The translations under genes were made by a program, and so were the position numbers. Under the pieces are notes generated by a model. That model was not told where the DNA came from and did not search any database. It was given only the letters and a program-made list of their open reading frames with translations. A stretch of DNA of 64,000 bases from Adineta vaga (taxonomy: Eukaryota > Animalia > Rotifera), in the NCBI GenBank assembly GCA_021613535.1, contig CP075496.1, forward strand, positions 10,974,001 to 11,038,000, read 5' to 3'. How positions within the stretch are numbered: the first letter of the stretch is position 1; each line of letters opens with the position of its first letter. Below are positions 26,215 through 41,100 of this stretch, piece after piece.

Positions 26215-28816
26215 ATGTGTCGATTATCATTATTCTTAGTATTCAATCTATTATTTCAAAATATACATCGAGGTTAGAAAATATTCTTTCGAAAAACCAT
26301 TCTTTTCATCTTGTTTTTAATTCAAGGATCTGGTGAATATTTTCAAACTATTATCGTTCAACCAAAATCAGTTGAAGTACCAGTGGGAGAAACGGTGATT
26401 CTTGATTGTAGTGTTTTTAATCAATATGGTGAAGTTGCTTGGTAAGTCAATATATTCAGGAAAGAAAAAGACCGCGAACCCTTTCAACACTAGGTGTAAA
26501 GATGGACATTGTACGATGGGTCGTGAACGACCTTTATATTTTATTCCTCGATATGAAATTATTGGCGATAAACAAGCTGGTACGAGAACTTTGAAGAAAG
26601 GATATATAAACTAATTTATCTGGTTTTTTTTCAGGTATCAATAGTTTGAAAATTCGTAATGTCAATTTAGATGATGATGGTATCTATCAATGTCAGATTG
26701 GTCGAACTGTTGAAGCTCGTGAAGTTCTTTCAAATTTTGCCAATTTAACAATTCTTATTCCACCTGATCAAATTTCCATTAATTATGTTCCACCTGGTGT
26801 TGTTATTAGTGGAAAAGAATTTCGAATCAAATGTGAAGTATTAAATACACGACCAGCACCATCATTTACTTGGCAAACACCACCAAATACTCAGATAGTC
26901 AATGTTTCACAAGAGACAATACCAATGACAACAGATAGTAAATTATTGAAATCAATTTCAACTATCACACTCATTGTGGATACTAATCAACATGGACAAG
27001 AAATCAAATGTGAAGCAACTCATATAGCTTTGAATAAATCATTAGTATCAACAACAATTATTGCTGTTGATTGTAAGCGAAATGAAATTGCACATGAAAT
27101 CGAAACCTTTTTTTCTTTTATATAGATCAACCTGTGGTAAAGATTACTTTAAAACCAACACAAATGTACGAAAATAAAGAATATTGGTTTGAATGTATTG
27201 CAGAAGCTCGACCACCAATTACTGAACTTGTGTATGTATGATAAAAATTTATATTTCTTCGAAATCTATTCATTCGTTTTCATAGTTGGAAAACGAATAG
27301 TACTATTCTTCAACGTATGTCTCCAACGTTAGATGGACGATATTCTCTATATTTAAATGTAACACGTCAAATGCATAATCAACATCTTTCATGTTCAGCA
27401 TTGAATAGCGCTGGAGTAACAGAAGACATCGTCGTACTCAATATCAATTGTACTATCTTACTGATAGTGATCTTCTAAATTTTAAAAACTTCTTTTTTTC
27501 TTATATTTCATATAGATTCACCTGAATTCAAATCATTTCCATCACCATACACTCTTGCACGTTTAGGTGATCCATTAATTCTTTCATGTATTGTTGATTC
27601 TAATCCAATGGCAAATATTCTTTGGACAAAAAATGGAGATTTCGTCGGTGGTGGAAATCAATATCAAATACCGGAAGTACATGAAGATGATTATGCAGTA
27701 TATGCATGTATAGCCACACTTGGAGGACATTTTACTAAAATTATCGCATCAACAAAAGTTCATCCACCTGGTTCGTATTATTGAATATTTGTGTCGATTA
27801 TATTTGTTTCCTAATATTTCATAGGACCACCTCACTTCTATCCTCCACAACGAGTACTTGCATCGAAAGGATCTGAAGTTCTACTAAAATGTCAATTAGA
27901 AAATGATATTGAACCAATTGTCAGAGATTTCAAAGATCTTTCAAATTATAATCTTGATTCTTTTTTTATTTTTCAGAGTGCATTTTGGATATTTAAAAAT
28001 TCTACGTTGGTCAATAGCTTGAAATATACAATTATACCAGCTCGAGATGTAAAAACGATTCCTCGTTATGAAATTGGATTGATTATTCATGATGTTCAAA
28101 CAAATGATTTTGGTGAATATGAATGTCATGTAACGAATCAATATGGAACTGAATTTGCTCGTATCCGTTTAGAAAAACGAAGTATATGTTTTTCTTTTTC
28201 AAAATGTCATCAAAGTCTTGATTTCTTTGATAGGTAGTCGTCTCCTGATGCAATTAGCAACTTATGTTTGTACACTTCTTCTACTTAGTTTAATTCTGTT
28301 TTCATCGTATTTATGCTGCCATCAGGCTTGTCGAGCAGAAAAAAGTACGAAAAGAAAACTTTTATAAAGAATTGATATCTCTTCTGTTTTTTTTTCGAAT
28401 TAGAACGTACAACTATACGAAGAATGCGTCGAGTTCAAACTTGGTTAAAAAGTAAACCAAGCATGTGGATTCATAATCTAGCAGCCGCAGAAAAGGTTTT
28501 TTTCACCATAATGTTTCTTACTCTTGATTTCACTCATCTTTCTTTACTTTTTATCTTCATTCAGATTCCACTAACAGTTTATGATGTCAACTCAGGTGTT
28601 ACTCGAACAACTCTTGATCCACCCGTAGACATTGTGGAATGTTATATTGGAATGATGGATAAACAAAAAAATCATCATTTAAATCGACCATTATTACCAC
28701 CACCACCGCCTCCGCCGATGACATCTTTGTTTACACGAATGCCTTTTTGTGATGACGATCAATCAGAACAAATCTATGAAACACCTGATCCTACTTCTTG
28801 GCATATTGATGTTTAG
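26215..28816 (+). CDS. Kirre/Neph1/SYG-1-like Ig superfamily adhesion protein (5 Ig domains, TM, cytoplasmic tail)
   Basis: Signal exon MCRLSLFLVFNLL. Ig1 has W-x-KDG...PRYEIIG...DDDGIYQCQ, followed by a CD80-like C2 domain (RPAPSFTW) and three more Ig domains (ARPP, CIVDSNP, DFGEYECHVTNQYG). TM helix; the tail has poly-Pro, YETP and terminal HIDV. Confidence 0.85.
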
Positions 28817-29701
28817 AACGTTGACGAAATATGTTCAAAACTATTTTGTTTCTTTTTTTGTTATCGAGCAACACACACATTTATATATGTATATGAATAT
28901 ACAAATACATGGTTATTCGATTCACCAAATATCTTTTTTTTAATTTATAAATCGAAACAAAAACAACAGACGATAAAAAAATGCACGTCTATGTATGATT
29001 TTATCTGTACGCAGAAGAATACACACATGTACATACAATAACCAGATAGAATGAGATAAATATAAGAGGATTTATATACTATTGGAGAAGGAGAAGGCAT
29101 CAACTCTCACTTTATTGCTGATCAAAATCCAACTCACATCTTTTTCACATGTAAATGTATATATAATAATAAATATAAATAAACATGATGTGTTTTTCTA
29201 TCAATATATTCCGTGTCTGTCACTCTCTTTCACTTGCTTCACACACACACGCACACACTTAACAACATTCAAAGAAGAGATAGAGAGTAATCGAACAGAG
29301 AATAAGAACAGAAATGAAAACGAAAGAGAAGTAAGAAGAAAGAAAAACGGGAAACAACAATAAAAATAAAATAGTTGCTGTAACAGCTGTTCGCAAACGT
29401 ACAAGATGAGAATAAACAAAACAGAAAAAGACGAAGTTGTTTATATGTATACGCAGATCATGTCATCATCGAGAGTGAAAACAGATAAATTAAGGTTTTT
29501 TTTCTTCTCTTGTAATCAATAGGCAATGGTCAATCAACAACATTTAACAGTGCAAAGAACAACAGATAAACAGAAAGGAAAAAAAATGAGCCCATACATG
29601 TTTACATTCATAAAGACAGGGATGAACAGAAGAATAGATATTTAAAAAAAAACAAGAGAAAAAAGAAAAGCATTTTTTTGTTTTTTGAAATTATCTCACT
29701 G

Positions 29702-32700
29702 TTATTGTTTTATGCCGGGAGAAAACGAAGTAGAAGAAGATGAGGAAGAGGAAGAAGCATTATCAACTGATATTGATGAGCCGTTTGTATATTTTGAATA
29801 CATAAAATTAGCAAATATAGCGATAAATATTGCTAATAATGTAAAACCAACAAAGATGACAATCGCCCATTGTTGATCGGTTAATGTTCTGCTTTCAAAT
29901 AATTGAATGGATTTAAATTTTCTATTCATTAATAAACGATAACGATTTACTAATGAAAGTTTTTGTTGTTCTGAATGATGATCAGTATGGGATAGATGAG
30001 TATTCGACGATTTTGTTACAGATAGAGCTGCAGCTAAATCTTCTGCTCGTGGTAAAACAAAATGTGTTGCAGGACTAAATGGACTATTCAATATTAAACC
30101 TTCACTGGTCGAGCGTATAGCACAGACACGTGCTCGATAATCAACACCGGCTTCTAAATTTTTTGCACGATAGGATGTTAATTCTCCATGATAGATTTCT
30201 GTGTAATCATTTTCTTTTCGATAGATTTGTAATTGAAGAATGTAACTGATGGGATCGTTTCCAAGCGGTTTATGTGCTTGCCAATTAAAGACACAAGATG
30301 TCGAAGTGATTTCATTGATATTTGGAGCTATGAATAAAAAAAAAGAAAATTTTATAGATAATAAGAAATAATGAAAATTTCTAACCTTTCAATGCATTTG
30401 GTGGTGCTTTACTTGTTGTAAATGTATGAATGTCTGACCATAATCCTGCGCCTGAATCATTCTTTGCACATATACGAAAATTATATGGAGTATTTTCTTG
30501 TAATTTATTAATCTTATGTGAAAAGGTTGTTCCCGTATAAATACAATTGAAACTAAACATACATCAAATAACTATTGTAGTTAATGGGTTTTTCTCCCTC
30601 TCTTTATTTACCTTCCGTCTCTTCCTTCCATTTCAATGATGTATGTTATTGAGCGAGAAGTATTTACCGATGGTTCAGTTGCTGATGCTGATGCTGATGT
30701 TGATGTCGATAGAACGTGATTAGTTATACTATTACCCCATTTTAACTTTAATGAATTGCATGTCATTGCAATACATTCCAATCGAGGAGGATCTGGTGGT
30801 AAACTTTTCGTTTGACTTTTAACAATAGCTGAAAATTGACCAGGTCCTATTGTATTTACAGCTCGTATACGAATTCTATAAGAAAAAAATAGCAACCAAT
30901 AATTGACTTCAACTTCTCTGTAAATATGTCACCTGTAGGCAGTATCAGGTAATACTTCATCTATTGTGTATTCATTGAATTCAGCACTGATGAAAATCAA
31001 TTCTTTTTCACCAATATCGATATAATAACCAGTGATTGGTGATCCATTATTAGATGGTTCCTTCCAAGTTATTGTCATCGATGTAGATTTAGCATGTACT
31101 TTTACCGAAGTAACAACAGAAGGAGGTGCGGCTGGTGTAACACATGAGGCTGACATACTATATGGACCAGGACCAGCAGAATTTACTGCCTAAATAAATT
31201 AGGACACATTTATTGATATGAAAACTTAAGAACAATATGATTTTCTTTACCTGTACTCGAAAGAAATAATGTGTAACCGGTGTAAGACCTTTAGCTTCAT
31301 ATGTGCAATTTGTTCCACAATAGAGTTGCATAAATGAATCATTTTCTTTTCGTGACCATTCCAGACGATATTCTGTAATAGCTGCACCATTATTCACACC
31401 TTCTTCCCAACTAATCAAGGCAGTAGTCGCTGATTGACATTCTACAAGGAAATTTCGTGGTGCTTCTGGTACACCAGGACCAGATAAAACATCAAGATAT
31501 TCTGACCATGGACCAGCCTGAAAGATAATCGAAAAGAATAATTTAGTTAGAATTATAGAGAAAAACAACAACAACATACTCCTGCACGATTAAATGCTCG
31601 AACTTGAAATAAATATGGTCGACCGGGTAATAAACCAGCAACAGTACAATCAAGATCACGTCCACGATAGACAATACGCGATGAACTATCAGGATTAGTA
31701 ACTTGCACTTCGAATTCAATAACAGATGAACCGCCATCATAATCTGGATAGGCTAAAATAGTAAAATGTTTGATTGTAAAGTTTACTTTCGAAATTAAAT
31801 AATATGCAAATCCTTACCCCATCGAAGATGCAACGAATTAGCTTTCGCTTTTCCAGATAATCTCGGTGGATGACAAGATGCTGGTGCTACGGCAGGTGTT
31901 TTTATTTGTGTTATATCAGATGGATCACTAAGACCACCAATATTCGAACATGATAAACGAAGAGAATACAAATGGCCAGGTATCAATTGTTCAACTAAAT
32001 ATTCTTTTTCCAAACCATTATAGATAACATGAAAACCTATGCAGAAAAAAAACCATTGTGTTAATAAGAAAATTTGTTTTTGTTTTTATTCAATAAAAAA
32101 TATCTAAACATAACGAAATGGACAACAATATGTATACACCTACCATCTCCAGCTAGTAAAGCAAAGTCAAATAAAATCAAATTAGTAAACTAAAATAGTT
32201 GTTTTTATTCTTTTTTTTTCTTCTTCTTACCTTTTGATTCTTCTAATTCAAGATGATATTGTTGGATATCAGCACCACCATTATCTCTGGGTGGATCTAA
32301 AATATCATTCACATTACAAATCAAATGTAAAAGCACTCGATTCAATATTTCATACCCCAAACAATTCGACATTGTGTTGCTTGTATTTGTCCTTTTATTC
32401 TCGGTTTAGCTGGTGGATCAGGTCGATCAGGTAATGTTTTATATGTCACAGTCACTGAATAATTACTTTGTCCTTCCTGATTATGTGCTGCTAACTAAAT
32501 AACAAATACTATTCGATAAAAATTGAATTATATATGAAATTTGCATTACTCGAAATTTATATTCAGTATTTCTATATAACTCGGTTACTGTATAAGTACA
32601 TAGTGATCCCGCATATTTATTTCGAAAATAATTTGATTCATCATTCATTTGTAACGTAAATGTTTCATCAATCGGTCGTTGAGCCCATGATAGAGTTAAA

Positions 32701-35700
32701 TATTTCACACCTTTTTCAACTAATATTGGCGGATCAGGCTCGGAAGGAATCGTACCTAACGTACTATATCGAATGGATTCACTAAATTCACTACACAAAA
32801 GAAAACAAAATAAGAATAATTTTTAATTTTAATTTTACCTTCGTCCAATACTGTTCTCAGCAGCCAAACGAAACGCATAGAATGTTGCGGGAGTTAGTTT
32901 ACTTATTAAGAATTGTTTCTTTATACCACGATAAATTTCGACAAATTCTCGACCTTTACCCTGAAGAAAACAATTTAACATTAACAAAAACAGAAATCTA
33001 TCTAAATAATGATAACAAACTTCATCATATTCAAGAATATAATTCAATATTTTTGATCCATTATCAGCCGTTGCTGTCCATTTTAATGTCAGAGAATTTT
33101 TTAGTCGACTACCCAATACTTTGGGTGGAGTTGGTCGATCAGGTTCACATTGTTCAGTTGTAAATGAAACAGGATTGGTATATTCTCCTTTACATGAGTC
33201 AATACAAGCGCATACTCTAGAGAATAGAATTATACACGTTGAAAACTCGAAAAAGAAGTTTTTTGAATTGTTTACTTTAAATGATATTCTGTAGCAGGTT
33301 TCAGATCTTTCAAAGTTATTTCATTGGCATCACCACTAAAGAAAAAGAAAATATTTAGAAAAATGTCTAGCAATCACATTAGAAATTTAGTTCTGAACGA
33401 AGATTCTTTGAAAATATTCGTAAAGATTTTTTGATGATTGATTTGACATTTTTCTATATTTTTGCTATCAAAACATTATAATAATTTTTTTATCTCTGAA
33501 GAGTAATATGTTTCTATTTAATCTAATTATTTAAGATGATACAGAGAAAATCTTTTGACTCCTGTCAACTGTCGTAGATACATGTCATCTTATCATAATT
33601 ATAGTATTGTTTGATAGATATTAATCATATTTTTCTTCTAGAATAGACGCTTTGGTGTTGACATATATCGGAATTAGTAGAAGGCGAGACAGAACTGAAA
33701 ATAGAAATTTTTCCCACTGTCAAAAGGTTATCTTCGATACTATTTGTCCTCATAATTATTTTAAGCGAAAATATTTCCCTTCTGCTCCTAAGAAAATTTC
33801 CCATACTACAATCAATGGGAAAAAAGTTATAAAATATTATTCATACCAGTAAACTTGTTTATATTTGGCATCTTTGCCTTTATCTGACAACAGCAATTCG
33901 TAAATGAGATTAGTAAAATCAATTGAATAATCTGATTGTGATGATATTGATGAAGTTGAACGTGGTGGTTGTATTCTTACTAGTACACTTCGACTTTCAA
34001 TATCTTGAACCTGAAAAAAAGAGAGAAAAAGATATAGAAATGTTTCATATGAAAATAAGAACAAAACTTCTTACGATTGGTAGAGATAGTTTGGATAGAC
34101 ATGTTTCAATCGTTTGTCGTTCTTTATCAAATTCTCCTGAAGAAGTTAAATCAATAGGTTCAGTTGTTGACTGAACGACCATCTCTGGATAGAATGTTGA
34201 ATAATGTGTTGATGGTATTGAAGGTGGTGCTTGATGATGATGAGGGTGATGATGATGCTGAGATTTATCAGAACCATCTAAAATTAGTGAAAAAAAACAT
34301 TTTGTGTTATAATTCTCAATTGAAAACACATTTTGTTATAACTTACTTAAGGTAACATTATTTACATAAGAATTTGTATTTGTATGAGATGGTAGTATTC
34401 GCCGTTTTTGTCCAGGATTATTCAAAGTGCGTGTATTCGATGTTATACCTGTTGTTGTACAACTGTTTGTATTTGTATTATATACAGGAGAACGACGCTG
34501 TTGATTAGGTGTGGAATTTGTTGATGTTGTTGACATAGATGTATTTCCGCCTGCCGTTGTTGCTGTTGTTGATGTACCATTGCTTTCAGCTGGATGTAAT
34601 AAACATTGTGAAGCTAAATAAAAAGAAATCAAACAATTTCTATTGTGAAGCTTTATTTCGATCATACGATTTGTAGGAGATGAGGTATGATTACATGCTG
34701 TACGTGAAGTATATGATAATGTATCACCTGTGTAAGGTCCATATACATTTGGATTATGGTATTGATGTGGGTGACCATATAGACCATTGTAAGGTGATGG
34801 AGAATAACCGGTATGCTAAAAATAATGAAAACAGAACAATTGAGAATAAATTCTATTTAATTGCTATTGAAGTTTGTTTTTCAAGAAAAAAAATGAATTG
34901 ATTAGAATATATTATAAGATAATGTATTCTTCTATTTGCTTTTTTTTTCCTACTGTATATTCATACCATGTGATGATGGGGTGGTGGCGGTGGAGGTGGA
35001 GGTGGCCCTGGTTGTGACATAATAACATGTGTTAGTACACCATTCTCATCAAGAACTTGTTGAACCATATGTCCAGGTGGTAAATGTAAAGGTAATGGAA
35101 AGGCTGGTCCGTTCTCTGAGATCATTCTCACTGTTGCAGGACCTGAAAAACAAAAAAAAAATAGTATGATCTTGATCATGTTTATAGCTATAGAATCAAA
35201 AAGACACGCTGTCAGATTCTCTTTCGTTAATATTACAAACGAATCAAATGTTACCAATTTGATTTCTCACATCTAGCCGAACGGTTTGACGTATCAGCAT
35301 CATCGACGTGGCACATGGAAATTAGATGTAAAACAGAAGACAAAAAAAACAAAGAGAACTAGTAAAGAATGATAAACTGTCAGATTCCCTTCTTCTGTTT
35401 CATCGAAGGTAGAATAATCTAGCAATATGTCGACGACATCATATATATATATATATACACACATATACGTTGAAAGATAGGTAGCATAACGAGAGGAAGA
35501 AAAACAGTCGCTAGCTGTTACGACCAGTCGGATAGTAGACGAAGAGTCGATAGAAGAAATAGAACCATGACGTCATTCTAGCAACAATTATACCGACGAT
35601 TATCTTTATCCAGGCACGACTGCTGTCTGATTTATCCATTAGTAATACAATAATGAGTCGAACATTCTTTTTATTCTTCTTTTTCTGTTCTTCTTTTTCT

Positions 35701-38101
35701 CTCGATCTCTGCCTGATTATACTGAGGAAACACTGTTGTTACTAGTTCAACATCTCCCGTGGACGACTCATCGACGTTAACCACGCGCAATCCGCATCAA
35801 TCATAATCACGCCTTTCTCCTTCATTCACTTTGCTCTTTAGTAGCTACAACGAATACAATATTATAATGATGAATCACACATCGAGATGTATATACACAC
35901 GCACACATATATATATATATATATGTATATACGAGAAGGAGAAAGAAGGACTAGTAGAATAATTGAACTCTGTTCAATTTAGAGGACAAAAAAAATGGAG
36001 AAGAGAAAACTTTTTTTCTCTCTTCACATGTCGACATTAAGATGAGACAATTTCAAAGAAGGCAAAGAAAATTCTTTTTTTTTCATCTAATCAAAAGTGC
36101 AAAAGGTCATTTGAAAACCTACTCTGCTGTTGTGGTTGCTGTCCCGATGATGGAGCAGCAAGCCAAAGAGGTAATTGATCATGGCTAGAAGTAGTAGACG
36201 ATGATGACGAATGTATCTCGCTATTACCATTCGAATTACTATTATTGTTATTATTATTATTATTATTATTATGATTAAAACGAAAACGATGATGATCGAA
36301 AAGATACTGTTGTTGTTGCTGCTGCTGCTGTGGTTGTTGTTGAAAAAATGGATGATTCAGATTTGGCGCTGAAGGTGTTGCAGTAACGAGTAAACGTTGA
36401 TGTTTTAATGAATCTGGCGAAGAAGTATTTGAAGAACAAGATGATGTAGTTGGATAGAATCCATTCGCAGAAAAACATCCCATATCATACATGATCAATG
36501 AAATAATAATAATAATTATGAGATGAAAAATATAAATATAAAAAGGAAATCAATATTCACGATTGATTTTAATTATGATTATTGTTGTTTTTGTTGACAA
36601 TCAACCAATGACAAAGGCTATCTTTTGACAGGATGATGTTCTCTGCACGCATGCGTCTCGGCCATAGGTCGTAGTTGTCCAATGTATTTGGCTGTAGTAT
36701 GTATATATGTACTCTTGCTCGTCGTTCTTTTTTCTTCGCCTTCGTCTTCTTTTCTTTCGCTATTTCTCTTCTCTCTCTCTCTTTCTCGTTCTCTTTTTCA
36801 CTGTACATACAATTAGAACAACTGTAGAACGAGCGACAACGAGCACACACACACACACATACATACACTTATACAAAAAGAATAACGGAACACTCACTGC
36901 TGCCACCGCCCTGTTCGCTCGTTTGCCTTCAGTAGCGTACTTTTTCTTCTTGTTCTTCTTCTTTTTGTGCTTATTCTTGTTCTTTTTCTCTCAAACTTCC
37001 CATTTGGTAGGGTGTAGCGCATGAAAATAAACACACGCGAACATGCGATAGTCAGTCAGTCTATCATCAACTAAGAGTGATGTTTGTTTTCGCAAATAAT
37101 TCTTTCCTTTACTAAAAGACAAAAAACGAAGAATAAAAAATACGAAATAGAACATCGACAATGAACACACGTATATCGATAAATTTACACAGCTGATCAT
37201 CAAACATACATCTATATACGTTCATTGACGTAGATTTATTCTTATCAAAAACAAAAGAATTCACACACACAAATGAAAACTAGAGCAGACAAAGCAACTT
37301 TCAAAACGACTTTAACTCAAACTATTTATAAATATAGACGTTGTCATTTGTCACTTTAGATATGTCTGATATCTTGAGATCTAGGAACTAAAATGACATT
37401 ATCTATAGATGAAAAACACATTATAACTGTTGTATGTAAAATAACAAACATTTCATCGATCAATTATTAACAACTTTTAGATATTCTGCTCGATCTTGTC
37501 ACGTCTTATACTATATTTTTCAGTTATTAATAAATAAACTTATTTGAACAATTCGTATCGATCATGTGTTCAATCTTTTATTGCAATCGAGAATTAGTAT
37601 TATGTATTTTTTCATTGAATATAGTTATGATAATAATAATAATCATATTTTCATATCCGGATAAATAATATTATTTCTCCTTTTTTTCCTTTTTTTCCTT
37701 CTATATCAGTCAGAAGAGATTAACTTACCATGCACTTCTTTGACTTCGTTATCGACTTGGACACGAAAAATTTGTCCAGGCTTAACTAGAATTCGAGCAA
37801 TTGATGAACGAGGCGCTCCTAGTGGAAGATCAGCTGATGTTGCTTCTGAAAATGATGCTTCAGCGGTGACCATATTCATTGAATTGAATGTTGATGATGA
37901 TGTTACATCTATTTCTGGTAGTCCATCAATGGCATCACCAGTTGGAATATCAGCTTCTCCAGATACCGAAGATACGACTGGTTCTTGAATATGTTCTTCT
38001 ACGGTGGGTTCATCAGATGATGGTGACGGTAATAAAGCTGTATCATTATCTTGATTATTAAGATGATTCGATTGTTCAACAGATTCAGATGTCGAAGCCA
38101 T
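29702..38101 (-). CDS. FNDC3: Fibronectin type III domain-containing protein 3 (FNDC3/miles-to-go-like)
   Basis: Conserved N-terminal motif ILVKPGQIFRVQ...GPATVRMIS...LHLPPGHMVQQVLDENG (exon 38101-37729 spliced to 35142), a long tandem FN3 array, and C-terminal tail anchor LTDQQWAIVIFVGFTLLAIFIA. Confidence 0.9.
32144..32152 (-). CDS. Putative 9-nt microexon of FNDC3 (CTGGAGATG)
   Basis: Flanked by acceptor ttgactttgctttactAG and donor GTAGGT inside an unusually long 194-nt intron; phase 1 to phase 1, frame-preserving. Confidence 0.7.
36123..36498 (-). CDS. Putative alternative first coding exon of FNDC3 (polyQ/polyN-rich)
   Basis: ATG-initiated ORF in the intron ending CAG CAG A|GTAGGT. 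The phase-1 donor is compatible with the acceptor at 35142. Confidence 0.65.
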
Positions 38102-41100
38102 TAATATAGTAGAAATGTACGATAAACTATTACGAGAATAAAATAAAACAGTGTCGACCACGACGATGATTAGGAAAACCTATCCAAATCATCTGAAACA
38201 TATGGAGAAATAAGAAATAATTTGTAAGTATGATGCAATAAAAACAGACATTCTGCTGAACTCTCTTCGTCATCATCATCAGCAACAATAGTCCTCCGTT
38301 TTTTCTTCTTTCTTTCTTTCTTTCTTTTTTTTTTTTCTTAGTCTTGTCAATGATGAGAAACATACAGATAGACAAAAAAAAAACTCATGTGTGGTATTCT
38401 TGTGAACGACAACATCAACTAATCAAAAGCGAAAAAAGAAAAGAACCGTCAACGATAATAATCAAGCACGGACAGCTACTCAACGTAAAACAAGTTTTTT
38501 TTTGACAAGAAATGAATGATGTTTTGTAGGTAGAACGTGACTTCCACAATCCTTTCCTGTTAAATCCCTCTTTCTTTTTCTTTTGTTCTTTTTCTAACTC
38601 ATTTCTTAGTTCGAGACAATATTCGTCATATTGCCATCTGTGTACGGTCAAGAATAAATGCAAGAGAAAACGATCTCTTCAACATTACTTTCTCTATCTC
38701 TGTGTCAATATTTTCATTGAGATTCTTCACTAACGATGCTTTTTGCATTTTCTTTCTTTTCAGTACAAGAGGAGAAAAAAAGACGATACATACTAATCGT
38801 GAGGAAGTAAAAATGGGTGAAAACTAGACGAAAAAGAATTAATTCTCATAGAACATAATTTCCACTCGACTCATATTTCCTTTCTATGTAAAGTAACTAT
38901 CGATTATTCTTATCGTTTTCAATATATTTCTAATATTTGACTACACGTAATCTATAAACATACTAACAGAAGAGGAGAAAGAAGAAAAAAAAATCTCAAT
39001 AGGTTTTATTTCCTACTTATTTCAATCGTGTATAACAATAAGAATAATAGAATTACTTATTTCTGTGGAAAAGTCAGACATTTCTCTTCTTTCCTTCGTA
39101 TTCTTTACATATCAATAAACTTGAATCTGTTGTCATTGCTGGTTTTCATTCAACTCAAAGGGAAGAACAAATAAAAGGAAAGAATTACTAGTATGAAAAT
39201 ACTCTCAAAACAAACTTTTTCGTTTAATTCATCATTTGACATATTCAAACAAAGAAATCATTATTCTCATAGAAGAAGAAAAAAAAGATACATTTACGAA
39301 TTTAACTTCTATAAACTATTGATTATCTGATAAAGAAAAAACAAGAGGTAGTAGGAAGACAAATTTAGATCAGATTAAATTATCAAATTACTACCTTTTT
39401 TCTGTATCTAGTTTTCTTTTTGATAATAATAGAAAGAAAAGCAATTCATTTTTATGTGTCACAGTCACTAGCATGTTAATAAACTCACGCTTGACGTACA
39501 CCGAAAAAATGAGATGAATATGAAAAATATTCTGCTAAAGAACGGAAGCGTGTCGCGTAGGTGTTGACTCTCATCGTTTGCGTTCTCGCTAAAAAAATTA
39601 TTAGGTTGTTCAGCAAACGAGAATGAGAGAGAAGACGCACATCTCTCTTCTGTAGTATTTTGCCGAACCGGCAAAGACGAGTTGTTGTTAGTCGGAAAAG
39701 AGATGACGCGAAAAGGGAAAAAAAGAATATATATATATATGTAAAAAAACTTACATTCTGTTCTTTGTTCTATTCTACTAACTGGCTCGGGGCCGAAAGA
39801 CCTCAACGTTACACCATACAATGTGAATGCAAGGACTTGATAATCATAGAAGAAGATGAAATAAAAAAAACGAAGGAGAAAAAAAGACTTGTATAGCTGT
39901 GTGGGCGGAGGGAATAAAAATGGGAACGAGATAGAAAAAGAGACGTTTCTCTTACACTATATATATACAAGAATGAAACAATTAAAAATGTTACAAAGAA
40001 AATTTTCGAAATGAAATATTTATAAATAACATATTATCTCTCTTACGTTTGAAAGCAAGAAAATGTCAAAGAATTTTTACATTACTTTATTAACACCAGA
40101 TTCTTTTAAACATCTTTATATTCAAACGGATGTAAACATTAAATCTTTTCCTGAGGAAAAAAATGAATGAATAGGTTTACTTTTGTTTGAATAAACTACG
40201 TCATATCATCTCTAAACATTACTGATTAAACGACTAAATATATAAAACAAAATTCTGATTAGGATCAAAATCAAATTAATAATCTTCTAAACTAAATTTC
40301 CTTACAAATCGATTTCTAACTACTTCATTCATTGATCTAAAAATCAAATAGTAAAAACTCGTCGTCTATTCTGATAATGATTTGTTTTTATCAACAAGAA
40401 ACAGGTACATCTCTATCTGTGAATCGATTTAAAATGATTTTTCTTAACTAAATAACTTCATACCGACGAATCTATTTCGAATTATAAATAACTATAAATT
40501 ATCATTTCAACAAAATGTATATATTAATGAAAATAAAAGATGCATTCAGCCTTGTAATCGGAATAAAAAAATCTCATGCATCAATACGACACGAATGAAA
40601 TTATTTATTTATTTATTTATTTATTTTAATTACTATTCATTGGACGTTTCAGTTTTACCATTCAGATAGACTAAAGGTGTCGCCAAAGGCTATGAAAAAG
40701 ACTAAGAACTTGAACAATATTTCTGTCTGTCGGGAAAATAGAAGTCACAATCATATCATAGTATTAATACTTTGTTTGAAGTTTCCTACTATTAACCGTA
40801 GATAATGAAAGATAAATATATATATATATAAATACATGAATAAAGGTTAAACAGTTCTTCACCATTTCGATGATATTTCACATTAAAAAACTCTTCGAAG
40901 ACATTTCATAGTACTTGTTTTGAGTCATTTATATTATCCCACATGACATTACATTTGATTCGTCAAAACTATCATTAGGAACATTACTAATTTAATCTTA
41001 CTTCTTTCAATTACTCACTATAAAATGATACGAATGTCGTATATTTTGTTAATCTCTCTTAATTCTAATTAGATTTATTTATTTATTCATATAAGCTATC

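Noticed and set aside
36569-39896. Many 60-120 aa ORFs rich in F/L/K/R (for example 36569-36868, 36707-37024, 38130-38375, 39468-39821)
   Set aside because: Translations of microsatellite and poly-A/T promoter, UTR or intron sequence, with no domain signal.
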